IMG/VR virus record: IMGVR_UViG_3300045988_162372
Length of the DNA stretch: 64,000 nucleotides
Reading direction: 5' to 3' (one strand)
Origin: a virus
Shown here: one piece after another, positions 36,375 to 46,435 of the stretch
Numbering within the stretch: the stretch's first letter is position 1
Layout: each line of letters opens with the position of its first letter
Program-made: the position numbers and the translations under genes
Notes under the pieces: generated by a model
Told to the model about the DNA's origin: nothing
The model's input: only the letters and a program-made list of their open reading frames with translations
Database searches by the model: none

Positions 36375-37862
36375 TTAGTATGTTCCACAATCAAATACAG
36401 CATCTGCCTTCATACCAATACCTTCCGCAGATACTTCAATCATAGGATCAGAAGGTTTAGCTACGGCTGTGATGGTTTTTTCAGTACCGTCTCCACTTAC
36501 ATTGATACCCTTACCTGCAACCACTGAAATAGCTGCATCCCTAACAGCATCAATAGCATCAGCATTCGCTTTAGCCTGAGTGTCAAGCTGAGTAATAGCA
36601 TCCATAACAGAAGTAGCGTCATTGACATACGTTGCACCGACAGGAGCAGTAAATGTGCCATCTGTGCCAAGACCAACAGAAGCCTCTACTTTATCAATAG
36701 CAGCTTGAACTCCCTGTTTAGCAGCATCAATAGCAGCTTGAACTCCACTCAGCTTAATACCATCAGCACCAACTGTCAAGAATGCTTCAGTTGAACCGTC
36801 AAGTTTTGCAGCAATAACTTTTCCACTAACAGAAATACCATCGCCTGCTGTATAAACATCAATCAAAGAGGTTACATTAAGGTTGATAACTTTGTCTCCT
36901 GCATCAGTATTGAATGTGAATACCAAGAATGTGCCACTTTGAGCTTCACCAACAGGCTGGTCAGCAGAAGCGGTTTTTAATTCAACATTTTGAAGCATTC
37001 CATCTTTAATGAAATCAGTGGCAGCAATAGTTGCAATTGCAGCACCATCCTTACCAATTAATTTCAAGCCGTCAGATTTGCTCCAAGTCAAGTTAATGTT
37101 AGCAAGTAAACCATCCGTAGTCTGAGTTAAAACTTTATCAGCAGTATTAAGTTTTAAAGAGATTGTCTTTTCACCTTCATTTTCTTCTGATACTGCAATA
37201 GCGTCTTGCCCTACATATTGTACGAGGGCAGCACTTGCAACACTCATAACACCAGTTTCTCCATTAACAACGATAGTAGTGCCATCAACATTTGCTTTCA
37301 AGTCAATGCCACCGTCTGCGCCATCACCGATAACAACAGTTTTGTTATTAGAAGTAATAGCACCACGTTTTACAGCAATTTTACCGTCTGTTTCTGATAC
37401 TTCGGTAACAAAACTTTTTGCAACAGCAGTATCTGCAACATCAAGAGCTTGAACAGCGGCTGTAATTTGGCCATCGGCATAATCTTTTGCATCTTGTTCA
37501 GCTTTTGAGATTGAGCCTTCACCACTTCCATTAATTTTTACCAATGCATCAGCAATTTTCTTAATAGTGTCATAAGCATCATCAATTGCTGAATCCTCAC
37601 CACCTTTAATGGCAGCAATGGCAGCATCAAGAGCATCCTGTACCTCAGAAGGAATAGCATCAGCATCAAAGATTGTATAATCTTCAGCACCTTTAATACC
37701 AAATAAAACCTTTTCAGGTTTAATATCTGTGTCACCGCCACCGTAGGTAGCGATTGCAGGTTCACCGACAGCAGCAGTAGCTAAATAAGCTTTAAGACCA
37801 TTTAAAGCTGCTGTTTTGTTTTCATAATTTACATGTCTTTTTAGTTGTAATGTATAAGCCAT
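36375..37862 (-). CDS. tail fibre / fibre-like protein (Ala/Gly/Thr-rich)
   Basis: N-terminus YTLQLKRHVNYENKTAALNGLKAYLATAAVGEPAIATYGG resembles the LQLRRG...GEP fibre N-terminal motif. It shares the module ...LIDVYTAGDGISVSG...FLTVGADGIKLSGVQAAIDAA with the next gene. Confidence 0.6.
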   Translation of the reverse strand: MAYTLQLKRHVNYENKTAALNGLKAYLATAAVGEPAIATYGGGDTDIKPEKVLFGIKGAEDYTIFDADAIPSEVQDALDAAIAAIKGGEDSAIDDAYDTIKKIADALVKINGSGEGSISKAEQDAKDYADGQITAAVQALDVADTAVAKSFVTEVSETDGKIAVKRGAITSNNKTVVIGDGADGGIDLKANVDGTTIVVNGETGVMSVASAALVQYVGQDAIAVSEENEGEKTISLKLNTADKVLTQTTDGLLANINLTWSKSDGLKLIGKDGAAIATIAATDFIKDGMLQNVELKTASADQPVGEAQSGTFLVFTFNTDAGDKVINLNVTSLIDVYTAGDGISVSGKVIAAKLDGSTEAFLTVGADGIKLSGVQAAIDAAKQGVQAAIDKVEASVGLGTDGTFTAPVGATYVNDATSVMDAITQLDTQAKANADAIDAVRDAAISVVAGKGINVSGDGTEKTITAVAKPSDPMIEVSAEGIGMKADAVFDCGTY

Positions 37863-37951
37863 TGTAGTATTATAATTAAATTAATTATCTTATTATTAAT
37901 ATAATTGGTAATCTATTTTTCAAGACCACCAATTATAATTATTATTAAATT

Positions 37952-40900
37952 TTAGGAATTACTTCCATATTCACCAAAATCAATCAAATTATTTATGATT
38001 TCTTCAATCGTTGCCAATCTTTCAGCCACACTAGGCTTGCCTTCTTCTGGTTCACCTATTTGTTCCTTGATTTGGTTAATAGTTTGATTGATAGTGTTAA
38101 TATTATTATTAACAGTTGTCAAATCACCTTCCAATTTTGAAATTCTATTTTCATAGCCTTCAACTTGATTACTCAATTCGGTAAACTGATTAGAGAGATT
38201 AGTAACTTGACTTCCTAGTTCAGTAACTTGTGTTGTTAAGTTATTGATAGCACCCGTATTCTGTGCAATGTTTTGTGTATTCTGTTCAACCTTAGTCTGT
38301 AAATTAGTAACATTGCCTTGAAGGACTGTGATATCGCTCTTAGCCTGTGCCATATCAGACTTCAAAGTATCAACGTCAGAAACAAGTCCTGCAACTTTAT
38401 CAGTTTCAGTTTTCAAATTTTCAATTGCTTTCTGAACAGTAACTTCATCGCCACCCCATAAGGCTGTCAATTTACTTGCCTCATTGCTCATATAAAGTGT
38501 ACCGTTGTTGTTCAATATACCATTATGAGCTTCTGTTGAAATGGCTAACCTTGCACGTAAAATATCAACGTTGTCTGCACCAGCTGTTTTGGTTAATGTA
38601 ATAGGATTATCAGTTCCATTATCAATAGTCCATTCATTTACTATATCTCCAACTGGTATAGAAATTTGCTGTGTTTCACCACCATCTTTAGCAATAGTTA
38701 GAACAATGCTTTGTGTTACACTATCATAATGTCCCTCTTGAACTAGTGAATGTTCGGATAGTGTAAATTTAGATTTTTCATTACCATTAACAATCAAGGC
38801 AATGCTATTCTCAGCCTTATTATAATTCAATGCTATAGAAGAATAAACACCATTACCATCAAGCTTGATAATATTATCTTCGGTTGTGTTGAGTTTTAAA
38901 TCAGCTTTCAATGTTGTACCACCGTCAGCTTTACTTGCAGTCAAAGCAATTGAATTTGTTTCAGAAGTGATAATATTTAATCTTCTATCTTCTGCTTGCA
39001 ATAAGCTAACATTAGTTTCAATCGCAGTTGCTCTATCTTCAAGTGCATCAATAGCGTCAGCATTTAACTTTTCAGCAATTTGCGCTCTGGATGTTTCATC
39101 TGCGACATCTGTTTTCGTTGCGTAATCGCTTAAATCAACAGAGGTAAGATAACCTTTTTTATCAATTTCTTCTTTCGTATATACATCCGCAGAATTAGCT
39201 TTTTTCTCCAACCCTCTATCAGCATACTCCTTAGCTTGAGTTAAGGCATTATCAGCTTTTGTTGTAGCATCAGTGGCAGCGGTAGCAATTGCATTATCTT
39301 GAGCTTCCTGTGTTTTAGTGTCAATAGTTCCATTAAGAGTATCAATTGCAGCATCAATACCATTTATGCTTACACCGTCAGCACTTACTGTCAGATATTT
39401 TTCTGACAATGTTGCTTTTCTTACTGAGAATGTATTTGCGGACAAAGACATACCATCACCTGCTGTATAAGTGTCAACCAAATCAGAAATATCAACTTCA
39501 ATAGGTTGCTCATGTTCATTTTCAGTCTTGAAAATGAATTGAAGTTTATGAGAAGCATTATCATAATTTACAGATTTCAAGAATTGGTCTTGTGGAATGT
39601 TAATATCACCTGCAACAACACCATCAACCAGTACTTGATAATGCAAATCATTTGCTTCATCTTTTACAACTTCGACACTTTCAATCTTTGTTGCAAGACT
39701 TGTTTCAAGCTCTTTATCTTTGGCTTTCAACTCTTCAATTGAGGTAGATAAATTTCCTTCATTTGTCTCAAGTTTTGCAATCTCACTATCCGTGTATGCT
39801 TTTGCATCAGTTAAAACTTTTTCATCCTTAGCAACATAATCAGCTACCAGTTTATCTTCAAGAGCATCATTTGCATTATGAATATCACTGGTTACTGTAG
39901 TGTAATTCTTAGCGATCTCACTATCAGTATAAGCCTTTGCATCAACCAATGCCTTATCAGCTTTAGATGTCGCATCAGAAGAAGCAGTATTAACAGCATC
40001 AGTTTTTGCATTACTGATTTCAGCTTGCAATTCAAGTTTGGCTGTGCCAAGTTGTGTATCAGTATATGTTTTCGATTCGGCAATAGCACTACTAACCTGA
40101 GAAGCGACACTACTCGTTAAATCATTAATTCTTTCATGTAATGCGCTTTCAGCATTTTCTGCACGTTGCTGTTCGGCTTGAATACCCTGATTTAAAGTAT
40201 CATATGTGTATTTCAACATATATCTTACAGAATTTGGGGTATTCTCATCAGCATTTAACGAATCAATAGCTTTCTTGTTTTCCTCTACACTTGTTCTAAG
40301 TGTTTCAATAGCATTTGTATTAGCAGAAATTAAATTAGCATTTGCTAATTCAGCAGCCTTTGCTCTTTCACTTTCTTGTGTAATATTTTCTTGTAGCCTA
40401 GCTTCAACACCAGTTGCTCTTTCTGTTTCAACTGCAATAGCATTATCAATTGTACTCTTGGGAGCAAGTAATTCGCCATTTCCATTGATAGATAAAATAT
40501 TGTCGTTAGAGGCTAATCGAAATGCGGTTGTAACGACTTTTTCTGTGCTTCTTGTGTTATCACTTACTTGGAATACGACAGGGCTTGATGTATTGTTTTC
40601 AAATCTATAAATGGTAATTAATCCACTCATAGGAATTCTTACAGTATTCCCGTTGTTGAATTCAATTACAAGTTCCTGTGTAACACTATCATAATAAGCA
40701 TTGTCAATAAAATCAACACCAGGAAGTTCAACCTCTTTTGTAACATTACCAGTTCTTACAATCAATTTATTAGATGCAATATCACAGGTAATTTCAATAT
40801 CAACTTCCAAACCGCCATCTTTATGGATAATAGTTTTATTACCTCCAAGCCTCACACCACCAGAAATTCTGTAACCAACATTGGTTTCTTTTGTTGCAGT

Positions 40901-41962
40901 AATAACCATTGTATCGGTAGTATCACCTTCAATCGTTGTATTTTCCTCAACATCAGAAATATGTTTCTTTACAGTATCAAGTTCAGAGTTAACCTCATCC
41001 TTGAAATCGTTAAATGAAGTTTCTAATTGATTAATTCCGCTATATACAGTACCACTCTTATACTTGATATTGGTTGCACGTCCATCAACGAACAGTTTTT
41101 CGTCTTGTACGGATAGAATATTATTCGGGTCTTCTGAAATCTTCACGTTTGCCGAAATCGTATTCTTATCTTTATCAACCACAAGATTAACGTTATATCC
41201 GTTATTATCTGGTGTATATTGCGTATGCTCTCCAAGTTTGATGACTTTCCTGTTAGCATCATCCATAAATTTACCATCTTTCATTCCGCTCGTGACAAAA
41301 GACAGTTCGCATTTTTCTGGATCATATTCAAGATTAACAGTGGCGTAGATACCGTCAGGCTTCAAACCAAGAATATTGTTGTTGTCATCAAGGGTATCTG
41401 CATCACCGTATGTAGAAAATTTAACAGACGGTTTCAATTCCATACCCTTGTCAGTTGCAGTATAGCTTACAGCAATGGACTTAGACTCAACAGGGATAAG
41501 ATTAGTTGATTTAAAGCTATCTTGTGCGAATTTTGAGATAACAGCAATAGCCTCTCCAAGGCTGGTTGTATCGCCAATCAACTCATCTTTAACGTCAGGT
41601 TCATAAGTAACTTGATTTTGTATTTTGTTTTCATCAAACGTAAGACCAGCAGCATTTATGACATCTTTTAAAGTTGCAATAGCCTTGTCAAGTCTCTCAG
41701 AATTTTCGGTTTCAGAATTTTCTATTTCATCAACCTTGTCACTTACAGCACCAACGTCTATTGTGGCAATTCTTCTGTCACCCACACCAAAAGCCAAGAT
41801 AGCATTAGGTTCATCGCTATCACCGTAGAAATACAAGGTAGGTTCACCTACCAGACTGTCTGGTAGGAATTCCCTACGGATATATTTCATAGCAGTGTCT
41901 CTGTCAGCGAATATCTCCTTGTGAGAACAAAATTGCAATCTCCAATTTATATTGTTATTCAT
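37952..41962 (-). CDS. long tail fibre protein (1336 aa; coiled-coil repeats)
   Basis: N-terminus WRLQFCSHKEIFADRDTAMKYIRREFLPDSLVGEPTLYFYGD; repeated DAKAYTDSEIAK units; long heptad-like C-terminal region. Confidence 0.65.
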   Translation of the reverse strand: MNNNINWRLQFCSHKEIFADRDTAMKYIRREFLPDSLVGEPTLYFYGDSDEPNAILAFGVGDRRIATIDVGAVSDKVDEIENSETENSERLDKAIATLKDVINAAGLTFDENKIQNQVTYEPDVKDELIGDTTSLGEAIAVISKFAQDSFKSTNLIPVESKSIAVSYTATDKGMELKPSVKFSTYGDADTLDDNNNILGLKPDGIYATVNLEYDPEKCELSFVTSGMKDGKFMDDANRKVIKLGEHTQYTPDNNGYNVNLVVDKDKNTISANVKISEDPNNILSVQDEKLFVDGRATNIKYKSGTVYSGINQLETSFNDFKDEVNSELDTVKKHISDVEENTTIEGDTTDTMVITATKETNVGYRISGGVRLGGNKTIIHKDGGLEVDIEITCDIASNKLIVRTGNVTKEVELPGVDFIDNAYYDSVTQELVIEFNNGNTVRIPMSGLITIYRFENNTSSPVVFQVSDNTRSTEKVVTTAFRLASNDNILSINGNGELLAPKSTIDNAIAVETERATGVEARLQENITQESERAKAAELANANLISANTNAIETLRTSVEENKKAIDSLNADENTPNSVRYMLKYTYDTLNQGIQAEQQRAENAESALHERINDLTSSVASQVSSAIAESKTYTDTQLGTAKLELQAEISNAKTDAVNTASSDATSKADKALVDAKAYTDSEIAKNYTTVTSDIHNANDALEDKLVADYVAKDEKVLTDAKAYTDSEIAKLETNEGNLSTSIEELKAKDKELETSLATKIESVEVVKDEANDLHYQVLVDGVVAGDINIPQDQFLKSVNYDNASHKLQFIFKTENEHEQPIEVDISDLVDTYTAGDGMSLSANTFSVRKATLSEKYLTVSADGVSINGIDAAIDTLNGTIDTKTQEAQDNAIATAATDATTKADNALTQAKEYADRGLEKKANSADVYTKEEIDKKGYLTSVDLSDYATKTDVADETSRAQIAEKLNADAIDALEDRATAIETNVSLLQAEDRRLNIITSETNSIALTASKADGGTTLKADLKLNTTEDNIIKLDGNGVYSSIALNYNKAENSIALIVNGNEKSKFTLSEHSLVQEGHYDSVTQSIVLTIAKDGGETQQISIPVGDIVNEWTIDNGTDNPITLTKTAGADNVDILRARLAISTEAHNGILNNNGTLYMSNEASKLTALWGGDEVTVQKAIENLKTETDKVAGLVSDVDTLKSDMAQAKSDITVLQGNVTNLQTKVEQNTQNIAQNTGAINNLTTQVTELGSQVTNLSNQFTELSNQVEGYENRISKLEGDLTTVNNNINTINQTINQIKEQIGEPEEGKPSVAERLATIEEIINNLIDFGEYGSNS

Positions 41963-41993
41963 TATTAATATCTAATTTTTATGTGTTATATTA

Positions 41994-44348
41994 TTAAATA
42001 TCTCCGAAATTGAACGAGAACTGAATTTGAATATCATTTTCTCCACCTTTACTCTTTAAAGTAAGAATACCTTTTTCAGTATCAAAACTACTCCCTTCGC
42101 CAATAAGAAGTTGTTTGTCAAGAGTTTCGTCTGCATTTGTTCTTTCTTCAGTTTCCTTGTCAATCTTAGTATTAAGTTCAGTATATTTCGCTTCAACATC
42201 AGCTTTCACTTCATCGACAGTTGCGGATAAATCATCAACTTTTGAATTTACATCATCAATACCTTTTTGAAGGTTATTATCTGCTTGTATTCTGTTCTCA
42301 ATTTCAGCGTCAAGACGTTTTGAAACCTCATCAACATTTCCAGTAACGCTGTCAATCAATGTTCTAATTTCTTCATCGGCAGCTTGTCTTTCAGATTTCT
42401 CAGTATCAATAGCTGTTTGCAAATCAGCTTCGGCTTCAGTTGCACGTTGAACTTCGTTATCTATATTGGTCTGCAAGACAGTTTCAGCCTCGGTAGCTCT
42501 TTGTGTTTCGGCTGTAATTGCATCAGACAATTTCTTATCTTCAGCAGTTCTATTCTCAATCTCGGCAGCAATCGCACCGTTAATCGTATTAATACTGGTT
42601 TCCAATACATTGTTAATCTGGTCAAACGCTTTCTTAGTTTCTTCACCGAAATCAGCCAACGTATCGTTGATTTTCTTGATTGTCTCGTCTGTAGAATCAA
42701 ATCTGTTCTTTAAATCTTGAATATCAGCATCGGTAGAAGCGGCTTCATCATTTAATTTTTGTTCAAGCTCATTATCCTTGTTTGTTGAACGTTCAATTTC
42801 AGCGGACAGATTTTTATCAATCTCATTTTCCCTTGCAATAGCTCTGGTTGTTTCCTGATTGATTTGATCTTGGAGATTATCAAGAGTCTTGGTAACATCG
42901 TTAATAACATCGTTATAAATTGCGGTAGGAACGGCAATCAAATCACCTTTGACAAGACGATATTCTATATTGGAATTTCCATTAGGTGCATTAACGATTA
43001 CAACACTTTCACCTTCTTGCAGTTCATTTTTCAACCATTTCTTACCATCCCACTCATTCAAGAAATACTTCTTTGTTAAAGTGATACCCATTCCGTTATT
43101 AGGAAGCACGGGATTATAACACTTATTAGACAATGCAATGTTTGTTGCAGTCCAAATAGCTTTTCCTTTCTTCTGAGAAGGCATTAATACTGTTGAATAA
43201 GGCATACCCAAGATATTTTCTCTTTCAAGGTAATTATCTCCATTATAATCCTTTATCAAACGTAACGAAAGATTATACTTGGTAGAAATAACATCTTGAT
43301 AAACTGTTGATTTATCATATTCAAATCTCTTGGTAAAAGCATTGCTATATTGACTGTTGCTTGCAGTCCAGAACCACGCTCTTTCCAAGAAATAGCCGAA
43401 TTGTCCTCCATCATCGGTATATCCAGCAGGAGTTACAGCAAAACCATATTTATCTATGCCTCTATTTGGATGAAGAAATGGTTTATGTTGACAAGTTCCA
43501 TATTCGCCACAGTAGGTAGGAGCGCAAGGATTGCTTTTTCCACAAGTACAAACTGGGCAAGGAGTTGAAGTTTCTCCATCGTAGTTTATACATGTAGATG
43601 TGTCACAAACGCTTTCCAGTTTCCAAAAATCTTTCGATTTAAGCAATTTTCCTGCAAATTTACCGAAATAACGATTGCAGGTTGCAGAAGCATGGTCTTT
43701 ATTCTCATCACAAGGTTCAATTGCATTAAGCATATCATCCCAATCATCCTTTGTAGGAATACGCCACGGGGAATTGCAAGCATTTAAATCACAGGCGATT
43801 TGCTTTACTCCTTCATAATTGTACAAGAAACCATATTCACTGATATTTTCCAAAGTAAGATATCTATCGCCAGGCATTACTCTTTCACGGGAAGGCAGAG
43901 TTTCACATCTTGTGGTATCGACAACCTTTGTTACTGGCCTATACATACCAGTCTTGAACATCGGAGAAATACCAATAGGATTGGAGGGTTTTCCGTTTCC
44001 TTTCACAGTACCGTCAGTTGCAACGGCTTCACCAGTATTATAAGTGGTAGCAAACCCAGTAATCGTTTGGGTTACTCCATTTCTTTTAATATAAAGAACA
44101 CCATTAGTCGTATCAAAATCAAAGCTGATATCTTTTGTAAAGTCTGCAAAAGCATTCAATGTCGAAATGGTTTCGCCGTTCAACAAAGTGATGACAAGCT
44201 CATTGCCATTGACATTTACTGATTTAACATCTCTTCCCTCAAGAGTGAAGAAATTACTATCAACTTCATAACCGTCTAAGGCACAATTCTTTGTTATATC
44301 TCCTTCGTATGGAGATGTAAGTCTGAAATATGTTAAACCTTTGTTCAT
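41994..44348 (-). CDS. fibre / receptor-binding protein with a Fibrobacter-succinogenes-major-paralogous (FISUMP)-like domain and C-terminal coiled coil
   Basis: YGFLYNYEGVKQIACDLNACNSPWRIPTKDDWDDMLNAIE...AGKLLKSKDFWK...GFAVTPAGYTDDGGQFGYFLERAWFWTAS matches the G.LYNW...CP.GWR.PT..EW..L...aGkLKs...W...GFsalPaG.....f...g..a.fWts pattern. Confidence 0.6.
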   Translation of the reverse strand: MNKGLTYFRLTSPYEGDITKNCALDGYEVDSNFFTLEGRDVKSVNVNGNELVITLLNGETISTLNAFADFTKDISFDFDTTNGVLYIKRNGVTQTITGFATTYNTGEAVATDGTVKGNGKPSNPIGISPMFKTGMYRPVTKVVDTTRCETLPSRERVMPGDRYLTLENISEYGFLYNYEGVKQIACDLNACNSPWRIPTKDDWDDMLNAIEPCDENKDHASATCNRYFGKFAGKLLKSKDFWKLESVCDTSTCINYDGETSTPCPVCTCGKSNPCAPTYCGEYGTCQHKPFLHPNRGIDKYGFAVTPAGYTDDGGQFGYFLERAWFWTASNSQYSNAFTKRFEYDKSTVYQDVISTKYNLSLRLIKDYNGDNYLERENILGMPYSTVLMPSQKKGKAIWTATNIALSNKCYNPVLPNNGMGITLTKKYFLNEWDGKKWLKNELQEGESVVIVNAPNGNSNIEYRLVKGDLIAVPTAIYNDVINDVTKTLDNLQDQINQETTRAIARENEIDKNLSAEIERSTNKDNELEQKLNDEAASTDADIQDLKNRFDSTDETIKKINDTLADFGEETKKAFDQINNVLETSINTINGAIAAEIENRTAEDKKLSDAITAETQRATEAETVLQTNIDNEVQRATEAEADLQTAIDTEKSERQAADEEIRTLIDSVTGNVDEVSKRLDAEIENRIQADNNLQKGIDDVNSKVDDLSATVDEVKADVEAKYTELNTKIDKETEERTNADETLDKQLLIGEGSSFDTEKGILTLKSKGGENDIQIQFSFNFGDI

Positions 44349-44371
44349 TTTTACGTTATATTTATTTAATT

Positions 44372-44380
44372 ATAAATATC
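44372..44380 (-). promoter_or_regulatory. putative late promoter core (sense GATATTTAT) within a shared 18-nt block
   Basis: 23 nt upstream of ATG 44348. The block ttatttaattataaatat spans 44362..44379. Confidence 0.5.
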
Positions 44381-46353
44381 TACTGTTTTAGGGAAATCGC
44401 TTCAAAATCGTAATTTTCCCTTATCTCGTTAATGTCCAAAATACAATTATATATTTTGAAACTTTTTATAAATCCGATAAAAGTGCCAGCAAACTCCTTT
44501 TCCAAAGGAAGTACATATTCTGGTAATTTTCTGTAATTCATATAAATTACGTCACACAATCCTTGTGTGCCACCTCCTATTGAAATATTAAAAGGAACTC
44601 CTATCTGTTTATCTTTCAAGTCATTCAACTCTTTTAACTCTAATGTGGGAAGTTCTTTTGAAACAAGACATAATTTCCCATTGACATACAAAAATATTTT
44701 CATTGAAGATTTATTGATAGGACTAAGTTTTATATGAATTGTAGCCCATTCATTATTTGCAATAACAGGTTTGGAAAATTCACTTTCAATCTTATAATTT
44801 TTAGTTTCACTATCACAATTCCTTACCATATATTTATAGCCAATACTTCCATCGTCTTTTATCTGGAATGATAAACCATTCTTAAATATATCATCCAAGA
44901 CATCATATTTTTTATTTTTCTTATCAATAAGTTCATCAATTGTCTTGATAGTATAACCGTCCTTAGTATGATTGAACAATATGAAATAATTTTCTATATC
45001 GGGAATTTTTATATCAGTCAAAATAACTTTAGTATTTTCATCCCAATCTTTAATAGTAAAGCCGTCATCAGTGTGATTGAAAAATATGAATTTATTATCG
45101 GTCTTTATCTCGAATATATTAGGTTGATTGAACGAATATCCTTCAGAAGTATGAAATATCTCGTTCTCATTCAATTGTTTTTCTTTATTATAATATTCAT
45201 CTTTGACATACATGTCACAAATATTGCAATTAGGAGTAATATATTCACTATCGACATATTCATCAGAAAAATACGTTCCACAACACACTTCTTTCTTTAT
45301 TGTTTTTGAAATAGATGATTTTTCACTAACAATATCAGGGCTATGTAGTTTTTCGTTATTAACAAGGACATCATGGCTTTCATTAAACCATATTGAATTA
45401 TCTTGATAAGTGTTCAAGTATTCAGGCATAGTAAATATGAATTTATTGTTGACAGAGCAATTACCACTATTATTTTTAATATTAGCCTGATAACAACAAT
45501 TACTTATTTTTTTATCCGATAAATAATCATCAGAAAAATACCCGTCCTTATTATATAAATCATCATAAGGTTTAATATAGTTGTCATTTAGAGTATTATT
45601 GTTATTGTAATCAACATTTACATACCCATCCACTACATAGCCATTATTAGATTTATCAACTTGTATGTCAACTAAATAATTAATCCACCATTTGTTTTCC
45701 GCACGTGTTCCTATATAAAAAAACATACCCTTATTTTGGGGATATCTATCGTTTAAACGTATTAGTTTATTATCTTCTTTGGCAAATTCTTCTTTTTTAA
45801 GTGTTATTTCAAAACACAAACCATCCCCAATATTATCAGGAAGAACTTGATAATCAAAACCAAAAAGTTTATAGAAACCTTGATAAAATCCCCCGTTTAA
45901 TCTAGCACATAATATACCATCTTCCTCAACAAGTTCATTGGAATAGTCATATAACATATTATTTCCATTTACCTTGTTTAATCTTAATCGTTTATCATCC
46001 TGTTCAATAGTAAGATTTGAATTAGTAAACAGATCATAGAATATTTGATTACTTACCCTATCTTTCTGGTATGAAATATATCCATTATCAACCCCAGTAA
46101 ATCCAATGTAATTGGTATTAACACCTTCATTTATGGCATCATTCCATGAATATAAGTTATCACTATATAAATTATCAAACCATACGCAATTAGGATTATT
46201 AATATCAATATAAGAAATAAGGCATCTTGTCTGTAATCCCTTGATTAGATTATTTCCAAACGAAACGTCAGTATTAAGACAAAAATCCCAATATTCGTCA
46301 TACATCAGACGAAAGTCAATTGGTATATTATAATTTTTTAAAATATTGCTCAT
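44380..46353 (-). CDS. fibre/baseplate-associated protein with a C-terminal LamG/concanavalin-like jelly-roll
   Basis: C-terminus EWATIHIKLSPINKSSMKIFLYVNGKLCLVSKEL...FNISIGGG...FIGFIKSFKIYNCILDINEIRENY is a LamG-type pattern. Internal duplicated motif FIFFNHTDDGFTIKDWDE / FILFNHTKDGYTIKTIDE. Confidence 0.5.
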   Translation of the reverse strand: MSNILKNYNIPIDFRLMYDEYWDFCLNTDVSFGNNLIKGLQTRCLISYIDINNPNCVWFDNLYSDNLYSWNDAINEGVNTNYIGFTGVDNGYISYQKDRVSNQIFYDLFTNSNLTIEQDDKRLRLNKVNGNNMLYDYSNELVEEDGILCARLNGGFYQGFYKLFGFDYQVLPDNIGDGLCFEITLKKEEFAKEDNKLIRLNDRYPQNKGMFFYIGTRAENKWWINYLVDIQVDKSNNGYVVDGYVNVDYNNNNTLNDNYIKPYDDLYNKDGYFSDDYLSDKKISNCCYQANIKNNSGNCSVNNKFIFTMPEYLNTYQDNSIWFNESHDVLVNNEKLHSPDIVSEKSSISKTIKKEVCCGTYFSDEYVDSEYITPNCNICDMYVKDEYYNKEKQLNENEIFHTSEGYSFNQPNIFEIKTDNKFIFFNHTDDGFTIKDWDENTKVILTDIKIPDIENYFILFNHTKDGYTIKTIDELIDKKNKKYDVLDDIFKNGLSFQIKDDGSIGYKYMVRNCDSETKNYKIESEFSKPVIANNEWATIHIKLSPINKSSMKIFLYVNGKLCLVSKELPTLELKELNDLKDKQIGVPFNISIGGGTQGLCDVIYMNYRKLPEYVLPLEKEFAGTFIGFIKSFKIYNCILDINEIRENYDFEAISLKQ

Positions 46354-46382
46354 TTAATGGTATATCAAAGTCTTTTATAACA

Positions 46383-46391
46383 ATAAATATC
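46383..46391 (-). promoter_or_regulatory. putative late promoter core (sense GATATTTAT)
   Basis: 29 nt upstream of ATG 46353. Confidence 0.45.
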
Positions 46392-46404
46392 ATTGGCTAA
46401 CTTT

Positions 46405-46412
46405 ATATTTAT
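46405..46412 (+). promoter_or_regulatory. putative late promoter core (ATATTTAT)
   Basis: 23 nt upstream of ATG 46436. Divergent partner of 46383..46391. Confidence 0.45.
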
Positions 46413-46435
46413 TTAATATAAAAGAACTAATTCTA

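Noticed and set aside
37901-37936. Hairpin ataattggt/accaattat as a terminator between the fibre genes
   Set aside because: It is a 9-bp, AT-rich stem with an 18-nt loop and no following T-run on the minus strand, so it is too weak to call.
36375-44348. Diversity-generating retroelement targeting the fibre genes
   Set aside because: Mtd-like N-termini and a lectin-like domain raised the idea. However, no reverse transcriptase ORF and no near-identical template/variable repeat pair were seen in the window.
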